Shown here: in pieces, positions 25,700 to 33,727 of the stretch
How the letters are laid out: each line of letters opens with the position of its first letter
Position numbering within the stretch: position 1 is the first letter of the stretch
From: a virus
Lineage: Duplodnaviria; Caudoviricetes
Length of the DNA stretch: 34,359 nucleotides
IMG/VR virus record: IMGVR_UViG_3300022183_000026
Span: 1 to 34,359 of that record
Reading direction: 5' to 3' (one strand)
Made by a program: the position numbers and the translations under genes
Notes under the pieces: model-generated
What the model saw: only the letters and a program-made list of their open reading frames with translations
What the model was told of the DNA's origin: nothing
Databases searched by the model: none

Positions 25700-26133
25700 A
25701 CTACCCTACTCACATCGTCTTGCACACGCTGGCGTATGAGGGGAAGGCTGATATAGACACGGTGCGCCGTTGGCACGTAGAAGGAAACGGGTGGTCCGAC
25801 GTAGGCTACCATTACCTTGTGCGGCGAAGCGGTGAGGTGCAGACGGGCAGGCGCGAAGAAATGATCGGTGCCCATGCCCTCGGCTACAACCGCAAGTCTA
25901 TCGGCATTGCCTGCGAGGGCCACGGGGACACGGAAATGTTCACCCTCCCGCAGTTACTCGCTCTGCTTCGCTTGTGTGACGATGTGAGCCGCCGGTACGC
26001 GATCAGCCCTGACAAGGTTATAGGGCACCGCGAAACCGGAAGCCGCAAGACCTGCCCCGGCACCCTAATTGATATGGATGCCTTTAGGGGTTTACTGTTT
26101 GAACACATGAGGGAAGATGCCTACCCTGCCTAA
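25696..26133 (+). CDS. Endolysin, N-acetylmuramoyl-L-alanine amidase (Amidase_2, T7 lysozyme-like)
   Basis: IVLHT, GWSDVGYHY, GAHA.GYN..SIGI, GHRE...K.CPG. Confidence 0.95.
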   Translation: MNYPTHIVLHTLAYEGKADIDTVRRWHVEGNGWSDVGYHYLVRRSGEVQTGRREEMIGAHALGYNRKSIGIACEGHGDTEMFTLPQLLALLRLCDDVSRRYAISPDKVIGHRETGSRKTCPGTLIDMDAFRGLLFEHMREDAYPA

Positions 26134-28789
26134 TAAAAATGCCCTTGCTGATCTATCGGGCGGCTACTATTCCTATTGGACCGATGGAACGACAGAGGGC
26201 CGCGCTACGGTAGCGGTCCTTCTAGCGTCTACCGATGCACAGGCGGCGGCGGCTTCCTTTAGTAGCCTTGCGCTAGGCACAGACCTTGCCGTTTCGCACG
26301 GCGGCACGGGGGCAAGCACGGCGGCAGCGGCCCGAACTAACCTCGGCGTAGACGCGGCGGGTACAGATAACTCGACCGATGTAACGATTGCCGCCGGTCT
26401 GGACTATATCAGCATCGCGGGTCAGGAGTTAACGCTGGGGTCGGTAGATCTGACTACGGACGTAACCGGGGCATTGCCCCTTGCTAACGCGGCTTTTGCG
26501 GATCAGAACGTACTACAAGCGTCCTCCCCCACCTTTGCGGGGCTGACGGTGGACGGCGGGGCGGGTGATGCTGTAATAGATTTTGCGACAACTGGCGGGG
26601 CGGGAAGGGATTGGAAGATATTTAGCAACGGGTCGAACCTTTATTTTGACCTAGAGACAAACGCTGGTGCCTCTTGGTTTTTTAGGGCGTTCGATAACTC
26701 TAACGCGCTTTCGCTGACAACGGCGGGAGTTATGTCCGTCCTGAATAGTGTGACCATCGCCTCCGACCTCACCCTTGCTTCTGGCTCCATCACCTCTGCG
26801 AGTGGGGCGATATCGTTTGGGAATGAGAACCTGACCACTACGGGGACGCTTACTTCCGGCAATCACACAATTTCTAGTGGATACCTGTCAATCAGCAGGT
26901 CGGCACCATACATCTATTTTGAGGAAAGCGACCGCGTAGATGATAACTGGCGTCTGCTTGCTGACGGTGGCGTTTTTTACCTGTCGCAGATGGATGATGG
27001 GGAAGCCTTTTCTGCTCACGTTTGGAGCGTGGACGCATCTGGCAACCACGACTTTCAAGCAGGCAACATCACCACAACAGGGACAGCATCAACCGGGAGG
27101 CTTGATCTTGTAAACCCGTTTGCGATCTACGACAACCGCGCAAACAACATATTACAACAGAGCGCATCGACCCTTGCAACGGGACGAACGATTGACTTTG
27201 GCAACGCCACCTACTCGACGTTCAATTTCAATTTTGCCGCATCTGCCACTATTGATGCGGGTGATGCCAACCTCACCACCACGGGGGAGGCGTCTGTTGG
27301 TAGCCTCACGGTATCTACAAACGATGGTGCTGGCCCCGGTCAAATCGGATTCCTGTCAGACTTCCTCATCCTGCATGGTGGGGCAAATGGCCTGATAGTC
27401 AGGGACGATCAACAGAATAATAACTTGGTTATAGATGCCTCTGGGCACTTCGACTTCCAGAGCGGCAACATCACCACCACGGGCACCTTTTCGAGTGGCG
27501 CGGCAACGGTGACGGGCCTGACAGTTTCGACAGGCGATGTAACCCTTTCGGCGGGGGATCTGGTTCTTGGCTCGAACGACATGGAGATCCGTCACGATGG
27601 GTCACATGGACAGATTGATTCAATTACGGGCAGGCTTGATTTCTATGTTGGTGGCACCCGCTACAATGTGATGGACACAAGCGGGAATCTGATTCTCGGA
27701 GCCACCTCCACCTCCAACAACGCGCAGTTCTACGCGACCAAGACGTACAGCGCGGCGAGTGGGACGGATATTGGAGCGTACTTCAATTATGTTCAGGACA
27801 CCGCATCCGTAGATGGTTTCAGGGCGGTTCAAGGACAGGCGCGGTCAACTCACACTTCCGGCACTCTTGCTAATCTGATCGGCGTTTATGGATTCGCAAG
27901 AGCAAGCGGGGCTGGAGGAACAACTTCAAACGCCTACGGGCTTTATTCTGACGTTTGGAGTTCTGACGCATCATCAACAATAACCAATGCTTTTGGCCTG
28001 TACATTGTAGGATTCACCGCCACAGGCACCATCACAAACCGCTGGGGCATCTATCAGGCAGGCGCAAGTGAGTCCAACTACCTCGCAGGCCACCTCCGCA
28101 TAGGCACGACGAGCGCAACGAGTTACGGAGAGGCCCTACACGTAAGCACCGTTTCTGGATCGACACCCGCCGCCACATTCAAGGGCTACGAGTCAATAAC
28201 ATCCACCACCACGGCAAATGCTGGCGAAATCAGAGTAGGCGAAAACACATCGTTTCAAGGAAAGATATCATACACAGGCGCTACGACTGTGATGTATATC
28301 ACAAATACGTGGAATAACGGGAATGGCGACGTTGTGTTACGCACGGCTGGCAATACGAACACACTGGTAGCAAAGGGTTATGGATCGGTTCAGTTTCTTA
28401 ATGGCACGGTAGCCCTTCCGTCCATCGGATTTCAGAACGACGTAGACACCGGACTTTATATGCCGTCAACAGGCGTAATCGGTGCGGTTACCGCAGGCAC
28501 CGAACGCTTCCGCGTAGCCTCTGACGCCGCGAACCTAATCATTGGCGGCTCGGTTGACCCGGCAACTATGGACAGCGGCCTTGTCCTGACAACAGGCACA
28601 GCCCCAAGCGCAGGGGCCGCAGACGCCGTTGCCCTGTACTCTACTGACCTGTCGGCTGGCAACACCATGCTCGGTATCTACACCGAAGGCACACCCGTAG
28701 GGACAGGCACACCAACACAGGACCGCACCATTGCCGTAGAGGTTAACGGAACCACACTTTACCTTCTCGCATCAACATCAGCATCATAA
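26117..28789 (+). CDS. Long fibre-like virion protein (890 aa)
   Basis: L.V..GGTGA.TAA.AR.NLG fibre motif; repeated N(L/I)TTTG modules; PSI.F..D.DTG.Y...G.ER.R motif. Confidence 0.8.
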   Translation: MPTLPNKNALADLSGGYYSYWTDGTTEGRATVAVLLASTDAQAAAASFSSLALGTDLAVSHGGTGASTAAAARTNLGVDAAGTDNSTDVTIAAGLDYISIAGQELTLGSVDLTTDVTGALPLANAAFADQNVLQASSPTFAGLTVDGGAGDAVIDFATTGGAGRDWKIFSNGSNLYFDLETNAGASWFFRAFDNSNALSLTTAGVMSVLNSVTIASDLTLASGSITSASGAISFGNENLTTTGTLTSGNHTISSGYLSISRSAPYIYFEESDRVDDNWRLLADGGVFYLSQMDDGEAFSAHVWSVDASGNHDFQAGNITTTGTASTGRLDLVNPFAIYDNRANNILQQSASTLATGRTIDFGNATYSTFNFNFAASATIDAGDANLTTTGEASVGSLTVSTNDGAGPGQIGFLSDFLILHGGANGLIVRDDQQNNNLVIDASGHFDFQSGNITTTGTFSSGAATVTGLTVSTGDVTLSAGDLVLGSNDMEIRHDGSHGQIDSITGRLDFYVGGTRYNVMDTSGNLILGATSTSNNAQFYATKTYSAASGTDIGAYFNYVQDTASVDGFRAVQGQARSTHTSGTLANLIGVYGFARASGAGGTTSNAYGLYSDVWSSDASSTITNAFGLYIVGFTATGTITNRWGIYQAGASESNYLAGHLRIGTTSATSYGEALHVSTVSGSTPAATFKGYESITSTTTANAGEIRVGENTSFQGKISYTGATTVMYITNTWNNGNGDVVLRTAGNTNTLVAKGYGSVQFLNGTVALPSIGFQNDVDTGLYMPSTGVIGAVTAGTERFRVASDAANLIIGGSVDPATMDSGLVLTTGTAPSAGAADAVALYSTDLSAGNTMLGIYTEGTPVGTGTPTQDRTIAVEVNGTTLYLLASTSAS

Positions 28790-28792
28790 ACA

Positions 28793-29146
28793 TTGAGCAA
28801 CCGCAGAACAATACCGCCAGTTCCTGCGCCCGCCGATTGGCACAGCGCAAGATCATCGAAGTTCATCGTATACCGTGAGCCGCAGGACGATTCGTACCTA
28901 GACGGCAACGGCGACCTCGTACAACGTAGCAAGCGCATCGACATTGCAGGCGTTACCTTCATCGAAGAGGACGCACAGGGAAACGTGATTCCGCGCAACA
29001 CGGAAGGCTACCCGAACCTACTATCATTCAACCAGGACGAACTACGCGGCATAGCCCAGAACAATCCCGCCGTACTGACAGCATACCAGGAAGCAATTCC
29101 GAAACTAGCAGCCCTATGGGATGCCATTTATCAATCAATCAAATAA
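28793..29146 (+). CDS. Hypothetical protein (possible fibre assembly factor)
   Basis: TTG start immediately after the fibre gene. Confidence 0.6.
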   Translation: MSNRRTIPPVPAPADWHSARSSKFIVYREPQDDSYLDGNGDLVQRSKRIDIAGVTFIEEDAQGNVIPRNTEGYPNLLSFNQDELRGIAQNNPAVLTAYQEAIPKLAALWDAIYQSIK

Positions 29147-29159
29147 GTCACCAACTGAC

Positions 29160-29597
29160 ATGAAGATTACAAACGCACAAGCCATCAACATGGCAGCGAC
29201 ACTATCAGACGCAATCGAACCCGATGCCGTAGACAAGATGACGCACGACGAGAAGAACCGTTGCGTCTACCGCATGGGCAAGACCCACGGCAAACTGATA
29301 TCCGAAATGAAAGCATTCAACAAGCAAGACGAAGCCCTACGCGACGCCGCTATCAAGCGCGACAAGAAAGGCAACAAGGTCAAGGCACGGGTGAAGGACG
29401 AAGAGACGGGCGAATGGAAGGACTCCGAAACATCGTTTCAATGGGGTGACTTCGAAACGTATCAGACCGAACGCGGCAAACTGCTCGACGAAGAGATAGA
29501 GGTATACACGGTATCGTTCCCCCTAGAATGGCTTGAAGGCAACCCGCACCTCGGCGCACTCGCTTCGGCTTGCGCGGAGTTGATCGAAGATGAGTAA
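29160..29597 (+). CDS. Hypothetical protein
   Basis: MKITN... start; charged helical composition. Confidence 0.65.
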   Translation: MKITNAQAINMAATLSDAIEPDAVDKMTHDEKNRCVYRMGKTHGKLISEMKAFNKQDEALRDAAIKRDKKGNKVKARVKDEETGEWKDSETSFQWGDFETYQTERGKLLDEEIEVYTVSFPLEWLEGNPHLGALASACAELIEDE

Positions 29598-30078
29598 ACG
29601 CATCAAAATATCAGACCTGCACTTCGACCCGCAGAACGCCCGTGTCCGCACGGCGAAGGGTGAGGCCATGATTCAGGAGTCATTGCAGCAGGTCGGCGCA
29701 GCCCGCTCAATCGTCATTGATGAGAACGGCACCATCCTAGCAGGCAACGGCACCGTCGAAGCAGCCGGACAGATAGGCATCGACAACGTAGTGATCGTCG
29801 AAGCATCGGGCGACGAGATCATAGCGGTACGGCGCAAGGGGCTGACGGACGAACAAAAAAAGAAGCTGGCCTATTACGACAACCGCACGGGCGACGAAGC
29901 CGAGTGGGACATGGAGCAGGTGGCCCGTGACCTCTTGGGCGGCTATGACTTCCTCGACGAGTTGTTCGACGACATCGAAGTGCCCGACTTCGACCCGGTA
30001 GATGAATCGGAAATGGGTTCTTTAGATAAAGTAGGATTAATTGAATGCCCTAACTGTGGACACGAGTTCAAAAAATAA
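29590..30078 (+). CDS. ParB/Srx N-terminal domain protein with C-terminal CPxCG knuckle
   Basis: I.DL..DP.NAR, SL...G..RSIVIDE...ILAGNG..EAA, DNR.....WD; ends CPNCGHEF. Confidence 0.85.
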   Translation: MSKRIKISDLHFDPQNARVRTAKGEAMIQESLQQVGAARSIVIDENGTILAGNGTVEAAGQIGIDNVVIVEASGDEIIAVRRKGLTDEQKKKLAYYDNRTGDEAEWDMEQVARDLLGGYDFLDELFDDIEVPDFDPVDESEMGSLDKVGLIECPNCGHEFKK

Positions 30079-30700
30079 TGCTTTACGACTTGATTGGTGC
30101 AGCCATGAAGCGGCAAAGTTTGCCGTTATGCGGTGGCATTATTCAAAGACCATGCCCGCTGCCATGAAAAGAATAGGCGTTTGGGAGGGTGATCGTTTTG
30201 TTGGTGCTGTTTTGTATGGTCATGGTTCAGGTGGTAGCACGGATGGGAGAAAATACGGATTTGACAGGACAGGTCATATTGCTGAATTGGTGCGTGTTGC
30301 ACTTGCACCAAACCGCGTTCACAGCACAAGCAAAGTCGTTGCAATATCAATTAAAATGATTTCGAGATCGGACCGCGGTTTAAAAATGCTAATATCTTTT
30401 GCCGACTTTGCGGGGCAGGAACACATCGGGACCATTTACCAGGCAAGCAACTGGCTTTACATTGGCGAATACAATAGCAGTGGCAACTGCATCATTAATG
30501 GAGAAGAAGTTCATCCAAGAACTGTCGGTGCCAGATATAAAAGCAGGTCCATTGAATATCTAAGAAAACACGTAGATCCAACTGCATACTATGTGAAAAC
30601 AATTAAACACAGGTACGCATATCCGCTTTGCAAAGAAGCTCGCAAAGTACTTGAAGGGATGGCACAACCATACCCCAAAAAACAAGCGCAGGTAGTGTAA
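30041..30700 (+). CDS. mom: Mom-family DNA adenine hypermodification enzyme (GNAT-like)
   Basis: WHYS, G.WE...FVG.V.YG, EL.R.AL, LISFAD....H.GTIYQA.NW.Y.G, KHRY.Y.L, PYPK motifs; start (TTG 30041 or GTG 30056) uncertain. Confidence 0.85.
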   Translation: MNALTVDTSSKNNALRLDWCSHEAAKFAVMRWHYSKTMPAAMKRIGVWEGDRFVGAVLYGHGSGGSTDGRKYGFDRTGHIAELVRVALAPNRVHSTSKVVAISIKMISRSDRGLKMLISFADFAGQEHIGTIYQASNWLYIGEYNSSGNCIINGEEVHPRTVGARYKSRSIEYLRKHVDPTAYYVKTIKHRYAYPLCKEARKVLEGMAQPYPKKQAQVV

Positions 30701-30755
30701 TGGTAGCACGGCCTACATCCAGTAGGCAAGAGGGGTTCGAATCCACCCCTGCGCT
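30686..30755 (+). tRNA. Atypical tRNA-Gly(TCC), overlapping the mom stop codon; CCA not encoded
   Basis: Acceptor GCGCAGG/CCTGCGC plus U73; D arm GTGT-AATGGTA-GCAC; anticodon arm GCCTA-CATCCAG-TAGGC; T loop TTCGAAT; imperfect T stem GGGG/CCACC. Confidence 0.85.
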
Positions 30756-30776
30756 CAAAAATGTAACGGTATAAAA

Positions 30777-31103
30777 ATGGCATACGAAAAAGATCAATTT
30801 ATCAAGGCGATAGAGAACAGCGGCGGGTACGTTTCGCTGATCGCTGACCGCGTTGGATGTGCGCCAAAAACCGTTTACGATTGGATCAACAAGAACGAAG
30901 ACGTAGCCGACGCGATCAAACGCGAAAAGGTGAAACAGGTGGACTTTGCCGAAGGCAAGCTTCAATCCCTCATAAAGAAGGAGAACCCCACGGCGATCAT
31001 ATTCTATCTAAAGACACAGGGTAAGGGCCGGGGCTACGTGGAACGCCAGGAAGTAACCGGACCCGATGGGCACCCTTTAATGTTCAAGTGGCAGGATGAT
31101 TGA
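30777..31103 (+). CDS. terS: Terminase small subunit (HTH)
   Basis: A....G.VS.IA..VG....TVY.W, D.AE..L...I......AIIFYLKT.GK.RGY.E; precedes TerL. Confidence 0.85.
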   Translation: MAYEKDQFIKAIENSGGYVSLIADRVGCAPKTVYDWINKNEDVADAIKREKVKQVDFAEGKLQSLIKKENPTAIIFYLKTQGKGRGYVERQEVTGPDGHPLMFKWQDD

Positions 31104-32271
31104 ACGATTAAGCATATACAAACCAGCAGCGGAAACGACCGCGCACTACCGCGTCCTCGGCGGCGGGGCCGGGTCGGGCAAGTCTGTGTTTATCGCCCAG
31201 GATCTACTTCGTTCATCGGCAGAGGACGGCAAGCGCATCCTTGTCATTCGTAAGACGGCCCGCACCCTGCGTCATTCAACCCATCAGCTGTTCGTCGATA
31301 TCATATCTGAGCTGGGCCGCACCCACATGGTGAAGATCAACAAGGTGGAAATGCGGTTCGACTTCCCTTCGGGCGGTTCGATATTGCAGGTCGGCCTTGA
31401 CGATCCCGAGAAGATCAAGTCTATCGCCGAGATTGACGAGGTGTGGATTGAGGAAGCGACCGAGATAAAGAAACAGGAGTTCCAGCTTGTAGACATTCGC
31501 CTTCGCGGTGAGGGAAAGAAGCGCATCACGGTCACGTTCAACCCGTCCGTCAAGGCGAAGTGGATTCGCCGCTACCTTGTCGAACGCACCGACGAGGACA
31601 GCCCGCACGAGGAAGATGTTTACGTTCAGTTCACTACCGCCCTTGATAACCCGTTCGCCGGGGAGGACTACTTCAAGCGGCTAGAGAACCTGCCACCGAG
31701 CCTTCGTGATGTATACGCATACGGCAAGTGGGGCGAAGCCCTAGAGGGCCTGATCTACACCGACGTTACCTACACGGACGAGCCGTGCGTTCCTGCGTTC
31801 TACGGCCTTGACTTCGGCTTTAACAACCCGTCGTGCCTGATCGCCTGCCAGGACCTAGACCCGGTGATGCGCGTTGATGAACTGCTATACGAACGGGGGC
31901 TGACGAACAGCGACCTGATAAGGAAACTAGAGCGTCTGGTGCCGGACAAAGACATACCGATATACTGCGATGCGGCTGAACCGGCTAGGATCGAAGAAAT
32001 AATCAGGGCCGGGTTCAATGCCCGCCCTGCCGACAAGTCCGTTAAAGACGGCATAGACACGGTGAAGCGCTATACCCTAGAGGTGACGAGGGGAAGCCAG
32101 AACCTAACGAACGAGGTCCAAGAGTACAGGTGGGACGAGGACCGCAAGACGGGCGACCTATCGGATGAGAAGCCCGTCAAGCACAACGATCACGGCATGG
32201 ACGCTATGCGTTATGCCATCCATACTGAACTATCAACGGCACACGCGACATGGGGCCTCTGGGGAGCGTAA
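31096..32271 (+). CDS. terL: Terminase large subunit, PBSX family
   Basis: GGAGSGKS Walker A, VWIEEATE Walker B, TFNP, GLDFGF, H.MDA.RYA. Confidence 0.95.
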   Translation: MIERLSIYKPAAETTAHYRVLGGGAGSGKSVFIAQDLLRSSAEDGKRILVIRKTARTLRHSTHQLFVDIISELGRTHMVKINKVEMRFDFPSGGSILQVGLDDPEKIKSIAEIDEVWIEEATEIKKQEFQLVDIRLRGEGKKRITVTFNPSVKAKWIRRYLVERTDEDSPHEEDVYVQFTTALDNPFAGEDYFKRLENLPPSLRDVYAYGKWGEALEGLIYTDVTYTDEPCVPAFYGLDFGFNNPSCLIACQDLDPVMRVDELLYERGLTNSDLIRKLERLVPDKDIPIYCDAAEPARIEEIIRAGFNARPADKSVKDGIDTVKRYTLEVTRGSQNLTNEVQEYRWDEDRKTGDLSDEKPVKHNDHGMDAMRYAIHTELSTAHATWGLWGA

Positions 32272-33635
32272 AACCTGACTTATACGTAATGGGATCATCC
32301 CAAAAGGGCTTGTCGCTCAAATACTGGCAAGCCTGGGTAGATGCCCTCGACGGCGACTTTGACGGCGATAAGCCCGATATGACCGTGCAGCAAGCCTTCT
32401 CGAAAGAAGGTTGGTTTCGCCGTTGTATCGACGTACGCGCATCGTCACTCGCCGCTATGCCGTGGGAGATCATCCCGCTCGGATCGGAAGACCCCGCCTG
32501 GGTATCGGGCGAAGGGTCGCCGGAGCCGTGGGAGTGGTTTCATGCTGATGACTACCTATACCGCACCGCAGCCGCCCTAACGCTTACAGGGCACAGCGTA
32601 GCGCAGAAGGAGGGGACGCTGAACAAGGATATGCGCTACCCGTCGCTTGAGGCGGTAGACAACCTGAAGCACTACAACCCGCTAACGATCAAGCCCGAAT
32701 ATGAAAAGGGAGAATACGGCCCCGACGAAATGGGCAATTTCCGATACTTCTGCCGCACCGTTTCGGGACACAAGTACCACATACACAGGGATTCCGTCGT
32801 TTACGTCTTCCAGCCTGACCCGTTCACGGAGCAGGGTTCGGGGTCAAGCATCGGCGAAGCGGCGCGTCAGCAGGCGCAAGTCCTCTTCGATATGGGCGAC
32901 TTCACATCGGATCAGCTACGTAGTGGCCTGCCTAAGAAGGTGGTCTTTGTCGCTGACAAGGATGCTCGGCAACCGAACGAAGAGCAGCTAAAGAAGTGGC
33001 AGCGATGGATTCAACGCCACATCTTAGGCGCAAAGGGAACGCCGCCGGAAGTGATGCAAGGCCTCGACACGAAGGAGATAGGGTCAAGCCTATCGGACCT
33101 GCACAGCGAAGCGATTACGAAGGATGCCCGCGAAGCCGTAGCCTCTAGCCTCGGCATTCCGCATTCCCTGATTATGTCGAACGCGGCAAACTTCGCTACC
33201 GCGCAGGCCGACCAGTTAAACTTTTATACAACTACGATCATACCGCAGGCGAAGCTGATTCAGCACAACCTGAATGCCCAGTTCATGCGCGAAGTAGGTT
33301 TCAAGTTTCAGTTCCGTCCCGACAAGCTAGAAGTCTTCCAGGCTTACGAGCTAGAGAAGGCGCAGGGTTTGATTGCCTTGACGGGCGGCAAGCCTGTGCT
33401 GACGCAGGATGAAGCGCGTGAGCGCGTAGAAGCGGACCCGCTAGGGTACGATGACCTAGACGTAGTGCGTCAGAACGACGTTAAGAACTGGACTAAGAAG
33501 ATCGAACGGGTCGGGCGCGACTGCGACTTCGAACCGCTCGGCCTCAATGACACAGAGGCTGGCGTGATCCGCGAACGCCTTGCCGCAGGGAAATCATTAG
33601 ACAAGGTGTTTAGCCCGCCCTACGCGGATTTTTAG
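32250..33635 (+). CDS. Portal protein (start may be ATG 32289)
   Basis: Follows TerL; RCID.RA...A.MPW, A..LGIP.SL....AN.ATA, FY..TIIP, LT.DEARE. Confidence 0.9.
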   Translation: MGPLGSVKPDLYVMGSSQKGLSLKYWQAWVDALDGDFDGDKPDMTVQQAFSKEGWFRRCIDVRASSLAAMPWEIIPLGSEDPAWVSGEGSPEPWEWFHADDYLYRTAAALTLTGHSVAQKEGTLNKDMRYPSLEAVDNLKHYNPLTIKPEYEKGEYGPDEMGNFRYFCRTVSGHKYHIHRDSVVYVFQPDPFTEQGSGSSIGEAARQQAQVLFDMGDFTSDQLRSGLPKKVVFVADKDARQPNEEQLKKWQRWIQRHILGAKGTPPEVMQGLDTKEIGSSLSDLHSEAITKDAREAVASSLGIPHSLIMSNAANFATAQADQLNFYTTTIIPQAKLIQHNLNAQFMREVGFKFQFRPDKLEVFQAYELEKAQGLIALTGGKPVLTQDEARERVEADPLGYDDLDVVRQNDVKNWTKKIERVGRDCDFEPLGLNDTEAGVIRERLAAGKSLDKVFSPPYADF

Positions 33636-33727
33636 ACGGTAGGGATAACGCCGAACACCCTACCGAATACAAGGCACTGAAACCGCTAGGCCGTAGCCGT
33701 GCTGATCGTGACGAACACGAAAGCACG

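Noticed and set aside
29590-30078. Plasmid-prophage partition system
   Set aside because: Only the ParB N-terminal domain is present, with no HTH and no ParA. Its context next to a modification gene and terminase fits DNA-modification-associated ParB proteins.
30686-30755. tRNA as an attP/integration remnant or a codon-supplementing tRNA
   Set aside because: No integrase was found and the element is full length. Its deviations cluster at translation-relevant positions while synthetase identity is intact. A decaying pseudo-tRNA cannot be fully excluded.
30589-30783. Minus-strand 64-aa ORF (…RRGGFEPLLP…)
   Set aside because: Typical antisense translation of a tRNA T arm (GFEP); not a gene.
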